Shown here: positions 9,961 through 19,092 of the stretch, one piece after another | Layout of the letters: each line of letters starts with the position of its first letter | Numbering within the stretch: position 1 is the stretch's first letter | From: a virus | Taxonomy: Duplodnaviria; Caudoviricetes | Length of the DNA: 56,497 bases | Direction: 5' to 3' (one strand) | IMG/VR virus record: IMGVR_UViG_3300024517_000001 | Coordinates: 1 to 56,497 of that record | Position numbers and translations under genes: made by a program | Notes under the pieces: generated by a model | Told to the model about the DNA's origin: nothing | What the model saw: the letters and a program-made list of their open reading frames with translations, nothing else | Database searches by the model: none

Positions 9961-10641
9961 ATGGTTGCATACTCATATCTTAAAACAGATGTTATTCAAA
10001 CGTCTGAGAATGAGTCTACCGAATTTGCCAGTGCAATATCTTTCTTTGTAGATCGTACAGAATTAAGACTTCTGAAGGATCTGGATGATGTTGGCCTAGA
10101 TGAATTTAGTAGCATAACTCTTAGTGTTAATAATCCTGTTGTTAGTTTAAATGATAGAGTTCATATTATTCGTAATGTGAATTACACTACCAGTGTGTCT
10201 AGTCTTAAGACAAGTTTACTACAAAGAACATTTGAGTATGCCATTGATTATTGGCCTCATGTTAGTGCTTCTGTAGGTACACCCAGATACTATTCCAGAA
10301 AAACTAATTCATCTCTTTATATAGTACCAACTCCTGCTTCTACTCTAACAGGAGAAGTACAGACAGTTTCCAGACCGTTACCTCTGTCTTCCGCTACAGG
10401 AACAAGCGTAACTACACAGAATTATTTTAGTAATTATTGTTATGATGCTCTCTTTGCAGGATGTATGGTAGAAGCTACCATGTTTATGAAAGATTGGACT
10501 ACACTTCCAGTATGGCAAGGACAATATCAAACAGCAGTAGAAGCATTACGTAATCAGGCTAGAAGGACTAGACAGGACGATATGGCAGTTGCTGCCTCAC
10601 CTGCTGGTGGTCCTGATACAGTCATCTTAAAATCTAGTTAG
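9961..10641 (+). CDS. head-tail adaptor-like protein (putative)
   Basis: position; GTPRYY...LYIVPTP motif typical of podovirus adaptors. Confidence 0.55.
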   Translation: MVAYSYLKTDVIQTSENESTEFASAISFFVDRTELRLLKDLDDVGLDEFSSITLSVNNPVVSLNDRVHIIRNVNYTTSVSSLKTSLLQRTFEYAIDYWPHVSASVGTPRYYSRKTNSSLYIVPTPASTLTGEVQTVSRPLPLSSATGTSVTTQNYFSNYCYDALFAGCMVEATMFMKDWTTLPVWQGQYQTAVEALRNQARRTRQDDMAVAASPAGGPDTVILKSS

Positions 10642-10652
10642 GGAGAAAATCA

Positions 10653-11216
10653 ATGGCAAAGTCAAAAATTTTTAGAGATATAGTAAAAGGTGCTAAACAG
10701 ATGGCAGGAGCAGGAGATATGTCAGATGCACCAAGATATCAAAAAGGACGCAAGGCAGGAGCAGATATTGATTCTGGTATATCTCCTAAAGAAAGTGCTA
10801 AATTAGCTAGAAAAAAACAACAAATCGCTAGAGCAAAGGTACGAGCAAGAGGTGGTAAAAAAGCTCTTCAAATAGAATGGGATGATCTTACACCTTCAGC
10901 TAAAAGAGCAGAAAAAAAGAAATTTATGGAAGGTAAGGAAACTCCTTTTGATTCTATTATAAAAGAAAAACAACCAAAGAAAAGAAAACCAGTACAAAAA
11001 GTTTCTCAAAAGGAAGCGAATGAAGCAGCTATGAAAGAAGCAGAGAAAGCATTAGGTCTTAAAGGTGGTGGAATGACCAGACAAGGTTTATATCCAGCAG
11101 AAATGGCAAGAGCAGGTACAATGTCTCAGGCTAGGCGTAAGAGGTATATGAAGAAAGGTGGGAAAATTACCTATCGTATGACAGGCGGTCAGGTAGTAGA
11201 TCACGGCTATGATTAA
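10653..11216 (+). CDS. Lys/Arg-rich hypothetical protein
   Basis: 187 aa, very basic, several xxGG motifs. Confidence 0.7.
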   Translation: MAKSKIFRDIVKGAKQMAGAGDMSDAPRYQKGRKAGADIDSGISPKESAKLARKKQQIARAKVRARGGKKALQIEWDDLTPSAKRAEKKKFMEGKETPFDSIIKEKQPKKRKPVQKVSQKEANEAAMKEAEKALGLKGGGMTRQGLYPAEMARAGTMSQARRKRYMKKGGKITYRMTGGQVVDHGYD

Positions 11217-11448
11217 TAGATCAAGCATAAGGCAACAGATTATGAAACCGGGAAAGAAAAAGAAATTAAATATCAAGAAGGCTATTAAGAAACCGGGAGC
11301 ATTACGTGCATCCCTTGGTATTAAGAAGGGAAAGACTATCCCTAAGTCAGTTTTAAATAGGGCAGCAAAAGCTCCCGGTAAATTAGGACAAAGAGCTAGG
11401 TTTGCCAAAACATTAAAGAAATTACGGAAGAAGAAGAGGAGAGCTTAA
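11209..11448 (+). CDS. small, highly basic protein
   Basis: IKKAIKKPGALRASLG...KLGQRARFAKTLKK. Confidence 0.7.
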   Translation: MINRSSIRQQIMKPGKKKKLNIKKAIKKPGALRASLGIKKGKTIPKSVLNRAAKAPGKLGQRARFAKTLKKLRKKKRRA

Positions 11449-11449
11449 A

Positions 11450-11659
11450 ATGGGATTAGGACCACATACATTATTGGAACGTCCACCAAAATTAGACAAG
11501 ATACTTGGTAAGCCTACTGGACAAGGATTTGGTGCAGCCAGAAAAGGACCATCTATTGTTGGGAAACCACACGATGTCGTTGTAGATGAAGCTTATCCGC
11601 AAGGTAAGTCTTTTGAAATAGCTCCTACTGGTAAAGTAGATACTTACGGGGAGGCTTAA
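11450..11659 (+). CDS. hypothetical protein
   Basis: 69-aa ORF with RBS, GFGAARKG motif. Confidence 0.6.
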   Translation: MGLGPHTLLERPPKLDKILGKPTGQGFGAARKGPSIVGKPHDVVVDEAYPQGKSFEIAPTGKVDTYGEA

Positions 11660-11661
11660 TT

Positions 11662-13092
11662 ATGAGTGTTGTACGAGGTTTAACTGACTTAACTAAGAAA
11701 GCTTTAGGTAAAAGAGGAAGATTATCTAAAGCTGAAAAAGCAGCTATAACAAAAGCAGCTAATAAAAATAATATGTCTCCTACTGAATTTAGGAAAGCTG
11801 CTAAAGTAGAATTAAAAACTCCTACTGCTGCTCCTGCAACGACTAAGAAAAAGACTTATCCTTCTTTAGAAAGTTTAGGTAAGGGCAAAGCTAAACCTAC
11901 TCCTACAGCAAAAGATCAAGGTTCAACAAAAGGTTTAACTCGAAAACAAAAAGCACAAAGAAAAAGCCTTATAAAAAGATCTGAAGTAGATGAAAGAAAA
12001 GCTAAATTACAAAGAGAAGGTGTAGTTCTTAAAGGTGAAGAACCTGATCGTATTAAATTAACTGCTGGAGGAAGCTATGTTCTTCCTTCTAAAGAACAGA
12101 TTGATCCAAAGATTAGAAATTATTCTAAAAGACGCATTCGTGAGTTAATTAAAACTGGTCAAGCTAAAATGGTTGTAGATAAAAAAGGTAAACGTAGTAT
12201 TAAAACTACAGGTAAGTTTGCTTCTCCTCAATCAATGGTAGCTGAAGAAATGGGATTAGGTAGTAGAGGAGCTTTACCTACAGCAGAAGAAGCTAGGGCA
12301 TTAGGATTGACTGTTAGAAAGGGGGGTGGTATGGTAAAAGCTAAAGGGGGTAAGTTTATTAAAGGTTTAATAAGTAAAGTAAAGAAGGCTGTAAGTCCTA
12401 AAAAGAAAGCTGTAAAGAAACCTGTAGTAGCAAAGAAACCTGTAGTAGCTAAAAATAAACATGAAGAAGCTATAGCTTTTAATAAGGAGAGCCAAGATTA
12501 TTTTAGAGCTACAGGAAAAGTCCTTCCAGCATCTAAGGTGAGGGAGCGTCTGTTACGAAAGAAACCTGTAAAGAAACCTGTAAAGAAACCTGTAAAGAAA
12601 CCTACTGGTATTCGGAGAAAACTACAAGGAAAATCTGCTACAGATATTCATAAGGCTTATACAATTCCACAAATAAATCAGATGAAGAAAAATCTTGGAC
12701 AAGCTGGAACTCCTGACTCAAAACTTATTAATAGGCTTAATAAGGCACTTGCTGTTCGTAAAAAAGTAACTAAGAAACCAAAGACAAAAGAATTTGATTG
12801 GAAGGAAGCTGGTTATACAGAAAATGAATGGAGAGATGTATTAGGATTAACAAGAAAAGATCCTGAAACTGGAATGATGGTTCACCATAAAGGTGGTGGT
12901 AAAGTAGGTAAGAAAAAACAAGGTTATAAAGCCCGGAAAGATGAATCGATTGCGATGAGGGTCAAGAAGAAAAGGACCAAGAAACAACTTAAAGCAAGTC
13001 GAAATGAATCCTATGGTAAGCCCGGTAAGGGTAAAGGTAAAGGAAAGATAAATCGTTCTGGATCTTCTTTAGTTGCTTCCTCTTACGATTAA
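11662..13092 (+). CDS. histone H1-like Lys-rich protein
   Basis: 476 aa, low complexity, KKPV repeats. Confidence 0.7.
   Translation: MSVVRGLTDLTKKALGKRGRLSKAEKAAITKAANKNNMSPTEFRKAAKVELKTPTAAPATTKKKTYPSLESLGKGKAKPTPTAKDQGSTKGLTRKQKAQRKSLIKRSEVDERKAKLQREGVVLKGEEPDRIKLTAGGSYVLPSKEQIDPKIRNYSKRRIRELIKTGQAKMVVDKKGKRSIKTTGKFASPQSMVAEEMGLGSRGALPTAEEARALGLTVRKGGGMVKAKGGKFIKGLISKVKKAVSPKKKAVKKPVVAKKPVVAKNKHEEAIAFNKESQDYFRATGKVLPASKVRERLLRKKPVKKPVKKPVKKPTGIRRKLQGKSATDIHKAYTIPQINQMKKNLGQAGTPDSKLINRLNKALAVRKKVTKKPKTKEFDWKEAGYTENEWRDVLGLTRKDPETGMMVHHKGGGKVGKKKQGYKARKDESIAMRVKKKRTKKQLKASRNESYGKPGKGKGKGKINRSGSSLVASSYD
12559..12603 (+). repeat. coding 12-bp tandem repeat AAGAAACCTGTA x3.75 (KKPV)
   Basis: direct reading. 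Confidence 0.9.
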
Positions 13093-13267
13093 TAAAGAAC
13101 TTTACGAGAAGTCTGTTAGAGAAGGTCTTGATGATTATTCATTAATAGACTATAGTATTTCTAAACCAAAAGAAGAAGATTACAAAACTTTTAATGAATA
13201 TTTTCAAGATCTTTCTAATTATATATGTTTAAAATTTAGGTATACTTATGGCAGTAAAGCAGAATAG
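13073..13267 (+). CDS. hypothetical protein
   Basis: 64-aa ORF filling the gap; start uncertain (TTG). Confidence 0.45.
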   Translation: MLPLTINKELYEKSVREGLDDYSLIDYSISKPKEEDYKTFNEYFQDLSNYICLKFRYTYGSKAE

Positions 13268-13275
13268 GAGATACT

Positions 13276-13473
13276 ATGATTGATTATAAACATTTAAAAG
13301 ATGTTAAATTAAATTACATTAAACATCTTAGGTTTACATGGTTTGAAAGTATCAGAGGAATGTTGGTAATGATAGGATTAATAATACATGGCATATTCCC
13401 TTTTATTCTTACCAATATGTTTTCCTCTTATATTAAAAATGCTGAAATAAGAATTAAAGAAATTGGTACATAG
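13276..13473 (+). CDS. small membrane-associated protein (DUF6356-like)
   Basis: YIKHLRF...IHGIFPF pattern, AGGAG RBS. Confidence 0.55.
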   Translation: MIDYKHLKDVKLNYIKHLRFTWFESIRGMLVMIGLIIHGIFPFILTNMFSSYIKNAEIRIKEIGT

Positions 13474-13478
13474 AGAAA

Positions 13479-13631
13479 GTGGAAACGATAAGTCATGTTT
13501 GCATACATTGCGAACACCCCTGTCATTGCGATATGATGTGTTCTTTTCATGAAGATGGTAAAATATGTAAATGTGATGAATGTAATTGCAGACCTTCTGA
13601 TTGGGGCGCACCTACAGAATATATGGAATAG
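13479..13631 (+). CDS. small Cys/His-rich, metallothionein-like protein (not in ORF track)
   Basis: manual translation METISHVCIHCEHPCHCDMMCSFHEDGKICKCDECNCRPSDWGAPTEYME; fills the intergenic gap on the coding strand. Confidence 0.65.
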   Translation: METISHVCIHCEHPCHCDMMCSFHEDGKICKCDECNCRPSDWGAPTEYME

Positions 13632-13643
13632 AAAGGAAGTAAT

Positions 13644-14012
13644 ATGACACATCCCTTTCCTAAAGTTTGGGATAATGAATTACCAGATGGTATGATGTCT
13701 GATTCGGAGACTATGAACTTTTGTCTTGATTCTAATGGTGAGTGGGAAGAAAGCAAAAAGTATACAACTATTGGCAGTACAGTAGATGCTAAAGGAACTA
13801 TAACATCCCCAGATAATTATATGTGGGAGGTTAAGTGTTCTTCAGATACAGATCCTGAATGGGAAAAAGAATATGATAACGTACCTACTGGACAGGAAGT
13901 AGATTTTGATATTCATACAATGCTTGGAACGACAAAAGTTACTTTGAAAATCTATTCAATGAATGGATCTGCTGATGCAGGTGTATGCGGAACAGTTAAA
14001 TTGAGTACATAA
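13644..14012 (+). CDS. hypothetical protein
   Basis: 122-aa acidic beta-rich ORF with RBS. Confidence 0.65.
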   Translation: MTHPFPKVWDNELPDGMMSDSETMNFCLDSNGEWEESKKYTTIGSTVDAKGTITSPDNYMWEVKCSSDTDPEWEKEYDNVPTGQEVDFDIHTMLGTTKVTLKIYSMNGSADAGVCGTVKLST

Positions 14013-14013
14013 T

Positions 14014-14691
14014 ATGGCAGTATCAGGTACATATAACTTTAATCTGGATATAGACGAGATAATCCAAGAAGCTACCGAAATGATTGGTGGTGAAAATACA
14101 CTAGGACATACTCCAGCTACAGCCAGACGTTCTATTAACCTGATGCTGAGAGATTGGCAGAATAGAGGTGTTCTTCTCTGGACAACAAGTACTACGGCTG
14201 TTACAGTAGCTGCTTCCGTAGCCGACTATTCTTTAAGTAGTTCTACAATTAATGTTTTGGAAGCTACAACTCGCAGAGATAATACGGATATTAAAATTAC
14301 CAGAATTACTCCTGAAGAATACTTACTTATCCCAGCAAAAACTCAGACAGGAAGAGCTTCCCAGTATAGTATAAGGAGAGGGAGAGATAATCCTGTCATG
14401 TCTATATGGCCTATACCAGAAAATTCTACTGATATTCTTAGGATGGAAATTGTAAGTGAACTAGAAGATGTAAATAAATCTGCTATACAGAATGCAGATA
14501 CCCCTAAAAGATTTTTACCTGCACTTACCTGTGGTCTGGCTTATTACTTATCTATGAAAAGGCCGGGAGTAGAAGCTACTAAAACTGCAATGTTAAAGGC
14601 AAACTATGAGGAGATATTAGGAAGGGCAATGGAAGAAGACAGAGAAAGAGCTAGTATTTATCTTCTGCCCAGACTGACATTTTATAATTAG
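14014..14691 (+). CDS. head-tail connector/tail adaptor protein (putative)
   Basis: MAVSGTYNFNLDIDEIIQEA start, IWPIP, ALTCGLAYYL; position in tail module. Confidence 0.65.
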   Translation: MAVSGTYNFNLDIDEIIQEATEMIGGENTLGHTPATARRSINLMLRDWQNRGVLLWTTSTTAVTVAASVADYSLSSSTINVLEATTRRDNTDIKITRITPEEYLLIPAKTQTGRASQYSIRRGRDNPVMSIWPIPENSTDILRMEIVSELEDVNKSAIQNADTPKRFLPALTCGLAYYLSMKRPGVEATKTAMLKANYEEILGRAMEEDRERASIYLLPRLTFYN

Positions 14692-14706
14692 AGGAACTAG
14701 AGTTCT

Positions 14707-14982
14707 ATGGCAACACAACGAAGAGCATTAGCAATGTGTGATACATGTGGGTTTGTTTATCCGCATAGAGTCATGAGACTGAATAGTTATGGAATGTTGG
14801 TATGCCCTCAAGACTTTGAAGGACAATATGATTTAAAGAATAATCCTCAGAATAAAATACCAAGAGTAAAAGATAACCCTGCTATTAGAAATCCCAGACC
14901 AGACACTGGCGGCAGAAGTATTGCATGGAATAATGCTTCCACTAAATGGGATGAGACAGAAAGGCTTTGGCAACAGATATGA
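14707..14982 (+). CDS. small Zn-ribbon-like protein
   Basis: CDTCG...VCPQD. Confidence 0.65.
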   Translation: MATQRRALAMCDTCGFVYPHRVMRLNSYGMLVCPQDFEGQYDLKNNPQNKIPRVKDNPAIRNPRPDTGGRSIAWNNASTKWDETERLWQQI

Positions 14983-16538
14983 CAGATTTAACAGGAACAC
15001 TAATATCCAATACCTATAAGGATTTACTACAGGTTAACTCCAGTGCATCTAATGGGGGAATTACAACTTCTCTGACTAATATACAATCAGGTAATGGAGT
15101 TAATACAGCATTAAAACTTGCTACTAATCAAGCAAAGATAGATGGAAACTTAGAAGTAGCAGGTACAGTATGTGCATCCACATATTACGGAGATGGGTCT
15201 AATCTTACAGGTGTTTCGGGTGTTGTAGGAGGTAATATATGTGTAGGGAATGCCTCAGTTGTTGGTAATCTTTATGTAAGCGGAACAACAAGTATTACTG
15301 GTGCTACGGTTCTACATTCTACTGCAACTGTAAGTGGAGCTACTGGCTTTCTAGGAACAGTAAGAGTATCTGGAGCTACTTCTTTAGAAGCGGCTGTTGT
15401 TATGAAAGATACAGCAACTGTAAGTGGGGCTGCTGGATTTCTAAGCACAGTTAGAGTTAGTGGTAATACAACTATTGGAGGTACTCTGGATGTACTTGGG
15501 AATGTATGTCTGGGAGGAAATGTAACTGTAAAAGGAGATGTACATGTAAGCAGTAAAGTATGTGCTAGTGCTTTCTTCGGAGATGGTTCAAATATTACAG
15601 GTATTCCAATTAGTGGAAATATATCAGTAGGTAATGCTACCATAGCTGGTAATCTTTATGTGAGTGGGACAACAAGTATTACAGGAGCAGCAGTTCTTAA
15701 ATCTACAGCTACTGTATCAGGTAATGTAGGATTTCTTGGAACAGCTAGAGTAGCTGGAGCTACTTCTCTTGAAGGTGCTGTAGTAATGACTGATACTGCC
15801 ACTATTACTGGTAACTCAGGTTTTCTGGGAACTCTTAGAGTATCTGGGGCTACTAGTCTGGAGGCGGCTGTAGTAATGTCTGATACTGCTACTGTATCTG
15901 GAGCAGCAGGATTTCTGGGAACAGTCCGGGTAAGCGGTAATACGACTATTGGAGGTACACTTGATGTATTAGGAAACGTATGTCTGGGAGGTAATGTAAC
16001 CGTAAAGGGTGATGTTCATGTAAGTAGCAAGGTTTGTGCTTCTGCTTTCTTCGGAGACGGGTCTAATATAACTGGAGTCCCTGTAGCAGGTAATATCTCA
16101 GTAGGTAATGCTACCATAGGAGGAAACCTATATGTAGCAGGAACAGCCACTGTATCAGGTAATGCGGCATTCTTGGGACAAATAGCTCTCTCTAAATCAG
16201 CAGCAGCTTCTGTACATGCAACAGCAATAGATGGAATAACTTCTGTATCCCTTAATTTTGGAACAGCACAGAATTTTCTGACTACGGTTACAGCAGCACA
16301 TACAATGGCACAACCAACAAATGCTAGAGTAGGACAAACAGGAAGTATCTTTTTTGTACAGTCAGGAGGAAGTGGAACTCTCTCTTGGAATGCTGCTTGG
16401 AAATTCCCAGCAGCTACTGATCCAACTTTCTCTACTTCTAATGGAGCAGTAGATAGACTCGATTATATAGTTGCATCAGTATCAAGTGATGGTGCTGGTG
16501 ATAACATTCAGGCAATCTTATCACAGGAGTATGGTTAA
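14979..16538 (+). CDS. tail fibre/spike with beta-helix-like repeats
   Basis: G/A/T/V/S-rich hexapeptide repeats, GDGSNxTG x3, internal duplication. Confidence 0.8.
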   Translation: MTDLTGTLISNTYKDLLQVNSSASNGGITTSLTNIQSGNGVNTALKLATNQAKIDGNLEVAGTVCASTYYGDGSNLTGVSGVVGGNICVGNASVVGNLYVSGTTSITGATVLHSTATVSGATGFLGTVRVSGATSLEAAVVMKDTATVSGAAGFLSTVRVSGNTTIGGTLDVLGNVCLGGNVTVKGDVHVSSKVCASAFFGDGSNITGIPISGNISVGNATIAGNLYVSGTTSITGAAVLKSTATVSGNVGFLGTARVAGATSLEGAVVMTDTATITGNSGFLGTLRVSGATSLEAAVVMSDTATVSGAAGFLGTVRVSGNTTIGGTLDVLGNVCLGGNVTVKGDVHVSSKVCASAFFGDGSNITGVPVAGNISVGNATIGGNLYVAGTATVSGNAAFLGQIALSKSAAASVHATAIDGITSVSLNFGTAQNFLTTVTAAHTMAQPTNARVGQTGSIFFVQSGGSGTLSWNAAWKFPAATDPTFSTSNGAVDRLDYIVASVSSDGAGDNIQAILSQEYG

Positions 16539-16540
16539 AA

Positions 16541-17221
16541 ATGTTTCAGAATAATTTGTTAATGGCAGCGGCTAGTACTATTGCTGCTCCTGCTACAGCG
16601 ACATTTACACAAAGTTCAACAAATGCAGTAGCAGGGAATACATCGTATACTTTTACATCACAGGATTTTGGTACTGCTAAGACAGATCGAAAAATTATTG
16701 TAGCTGTAAATCTGGCAACTAACAGCGGTGCGTCTGGGGCTATTTCAGGTATGACGATTGGTGGGGTGACAGCATCTTTAATTAAATTCCAAGCGAATGC
16801 TGCTCAAGGAGGTTACTCTTCTGAAATGTGGCAAGCTGCGGTTCCTACTGGTACTAGTGGAACAGTGGCTTTTACACTATCTGCGGCTGGTTATCGACTT
16901 GGCATTGGTATCTATGCTTGTTATGGAGCTGCTGCCTCTGCTAACGACACTGATGGCGATGGTTCAAGCGATCCCATGACAACCACAATCGATTGTCCTG
17001 CAAATGGTTTTGTTATTGCTGCTGCTCAGTTCAATACTGCCACTGGAGTAACAGCTTGGACGGGTGTTGACGATGATTACTATGATGCAATTACCGAACA
17101 AAATTCAGCGGGAGCCAGTAAAGAATATTCTACAGTGCAGTCGGGGATAACAATTACCTGTGATCCGAATGCTAGTACGAATCGATTCGCAATGTCTGTC
17201 TGTTCATTTGGACCTGCATAA
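16541..17221 (+). CDS. tail fibre-associated/receptor-binding protein (putative)
   Basis: A/T/G/S-rich beta protein following the fibre gene. Confidence 0.55.
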   Translation: MFQNNLLMAAASTIAAPATATFTQSSTNAVAGNTSYTFTSQDFGTAKTDRKIIVAVNLATNSGASGAISGMTIGGVTASLIKFQANAAQGGYSSEMWQAAVPTGTSGTVAFTLSAAGYRLGIGIYACYGAAASANDTDGDGSSDPMTTTIDCPANGFVIAAAQFNTATGVTAWTGVDDDYYDAITEQNSAGASKEYSTVQSGITITCDPNASTNRFAMSVCSFGPA

Positions 17222-17249
17222 TTTGAATTATCTTAATAGGAGAATATAA

Positions 17250-17771
17250 ATGTTTAAGTACAAAGACAAAGAAATATTTCCGGGGAAAGGATGGAAAAAC
17301 GATGAAGGAGTCAGGCATCCAAAAAACTGGAATATTTGGTCTAGTGCTGAAAAAAAAGAAAGAGGAGTAGTAGAAATAATTCCTGATACTCCTCCTGATT
17401 CAAGGTTATATGAGTGGTCAATGGATGGTGATGGAAAGATAACATCTACTGCAAAAGATCTTAATGACAGTGGTTCTGGAGAAAATCTTGTTCTGGGTCT
17501 TAAATCTACCATGAAGAATGATGTTAAAGCTCAACAAGGATCTCTTTTAAGTCGAACTGATTGGGCATACATACGACACTATGATACTGGAACAGATGTT
17601 CCTGCTAATATTGAAACATGGCGCAATGCTATACGTGCCAAAGCTACGGAGATGGAAAATGCTATTGACAGTGCTACTGATACTGATGCAGTTGCCGCTC
17701 TTTTTATAAGTCACGATAAGGACGGTAAAAAAAGCGGAATACTTTATGATTGGCCTGAACTGGAGGAATAA
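17250..17771 (+). CDS. tail fibre assembly chaperone-like protein
   Basis: LLSRTDWAYIR...WRNAIR motif typical of Tfa-like chaperones. Confidence 0.6.
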   Translation: MFKYKDKEIFPGKGWKNDEGVRHPKNWNIWSSAEKKERGVVEIIPDTPPDSRLYEWSMDGDGKITSTAKDLNDSGSGENLVLGLKSTMKNDVKAQQGSLLSRTDWAYIRHYDTGTDVPANIETWRNAIRAKATEMENAIDSATDTDAVAALFISHDKDGKKSGILYDWPELEE

Positions 17772-18121
17772 TGTTTAAAAAAATATTAATAATAAATGTC
17801 TTACTTTTTTTTATTTCTGGAGTTGCATATTCTCAGGAACAAAAATCTGAATTAGTTTTAGGAACTATAATGACAACTCATAGAGCGCATTGCGCTCCAT
17901 CAAAAGAGATGACTAAAGTATTTAAAAATGAACAGATAGTATTTACAGGGGTTGTAGATCAATCTAATATATTTAAAGTATATTTGAAAGAGGATGGGAT
18001 TTGGACATCTATGTTAACTAATATATCAGGTGTATCCTGTATCTATTTCTCAGGAATGCCGGGAATATTAAGTCCTAAGAAGTCTATTAAAAAGGATACA
18101 AGTGCAAGGATATGGGAGTAA
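17771..18121 (+). CDS. exported hypothetical protein
   Basis: N-terminal signal peptide-like segment ending AYS, two Cys. Confidence 0.6.
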   Translation: MFKKILIINVLLFFISGVAYSQEQKSELVLGTIMTTHRAHCAPSKEMTKVFKNEQIVFTGVVDQSNIFKVYLKEDGIWTSMLTNISGVSCIYFSGMPGILSPKKSIKKDTSARIWE

Positions 18122-18126
18122 GATAA

Positions 18127-19089
18127 ATGGCTAGTACATATACAACAAATCTTCGCCTGACTAAACAAGGGGATGGAGACAATCCAAATACATGGGGCGA
18201 AGTTCTCAATAATGTTATTAGCCTTGTTGATCAGGCTGTAGCATCTTATACTACAGTTTCTATAGGATCTGCTGCTACTGTTACCCTTACTGAAAATCTG
18301 GGAAATTCAGATCAATCTCGCTCTGCCATACTGGAACTTAAAGGTTCAGTAGGGGGAGTAGCTACTTCTATTTTTGTTCTTATACCTAATTCACCAAAAA
18401 CTTATGCAATTAGGAATGTAGTTTCAGCTAATACAACTGCTAGTGATGCTGTTGTTTTAAGAGTAGCTGGTAATGCTGGTGTAACTGTGCCTACAGGAGG
18501 AATAGGTTATTTTCTTACTAATGGAACATCTGTATTTTCTCTTAATGCTGCTGGTATCCCCGGTTTAGGCACAGTAGCTACAAAAGATGTAGGAGTTTGT
18601 GCTACAAATATTCCTGATACATCCCTAGCTGATATAAGATATGTACGAACTTCCGTATCCAGTTCTATTGTAGCAGAGAAAACATTTACAGCTTCGGTTA
18701 TCTTTACCAGTGCAGTTAGAATGGAATCAGCAGTTAGAATGGATGGATTAGTATCTTTAGCAGGTGCTGTTAAATCTCACATAACAACTCTTACAGATGC
18801 TGCTTCAATTACTACAGATTTTAATACTGCTAATACATTTATGGTAACTTTAGCTGGTAATAGAACACTGGCGGCTCCCAGTAATGCTCTGGCAGGACAA
18901 ACAGGAAGTATATATGTAGTACAGGATGGTACTGGAGATAGAACTTTAAGTTATAATGCCGCTTGGAGATTTTCTGAAGGTTCTGTTCCTGTTGCTACAA
19001 CTGCTGCTTCTGCTGTAGATCTTTTAATTTATAATGCTAGAAGTGCAACTACAATTGATGCAGTAATGTTACTAGACTTTAAGAGATAA
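18127..19089 (+). CDS. tail fibre/tail structural protein
   Basis: MASTYTTNLRL...NTWG N-terminus; C-terminal domain paralogous to that of 14979-16538 (GQTGSI..VQ.G.G..TLS.NAAW.F). Confidence 0.7.
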   Translation: MASTYTTNLRLTKQGDGDNPNTWGEVLNNVISLVDQAVASYTTVSIGSAATVTLTENLGNSDQSRSAILELKGSVGGVATSIFVLIPNSPKTYAIRNVVSANTTASDAVVLRVAGNAGVTVPTGGIGYFLTNGTSVFSLNAAGIPGLGTVATKDVGVCATNIPDTSLADIRYVRTSVSSSIVAEKTFTASVIFTSAVRMESAVRMDGLVSLAGAVKSHITTLTDAASITTDFNTANTFMVTLAGNRTLAAPSNALAGQTGSIYVVQDGTGDRTLSYNAAWRFSEGSVPVATTAASAVDLLIYNARSATTIDAVMLLDFKR

Positions 19090-19092
19090 TAT

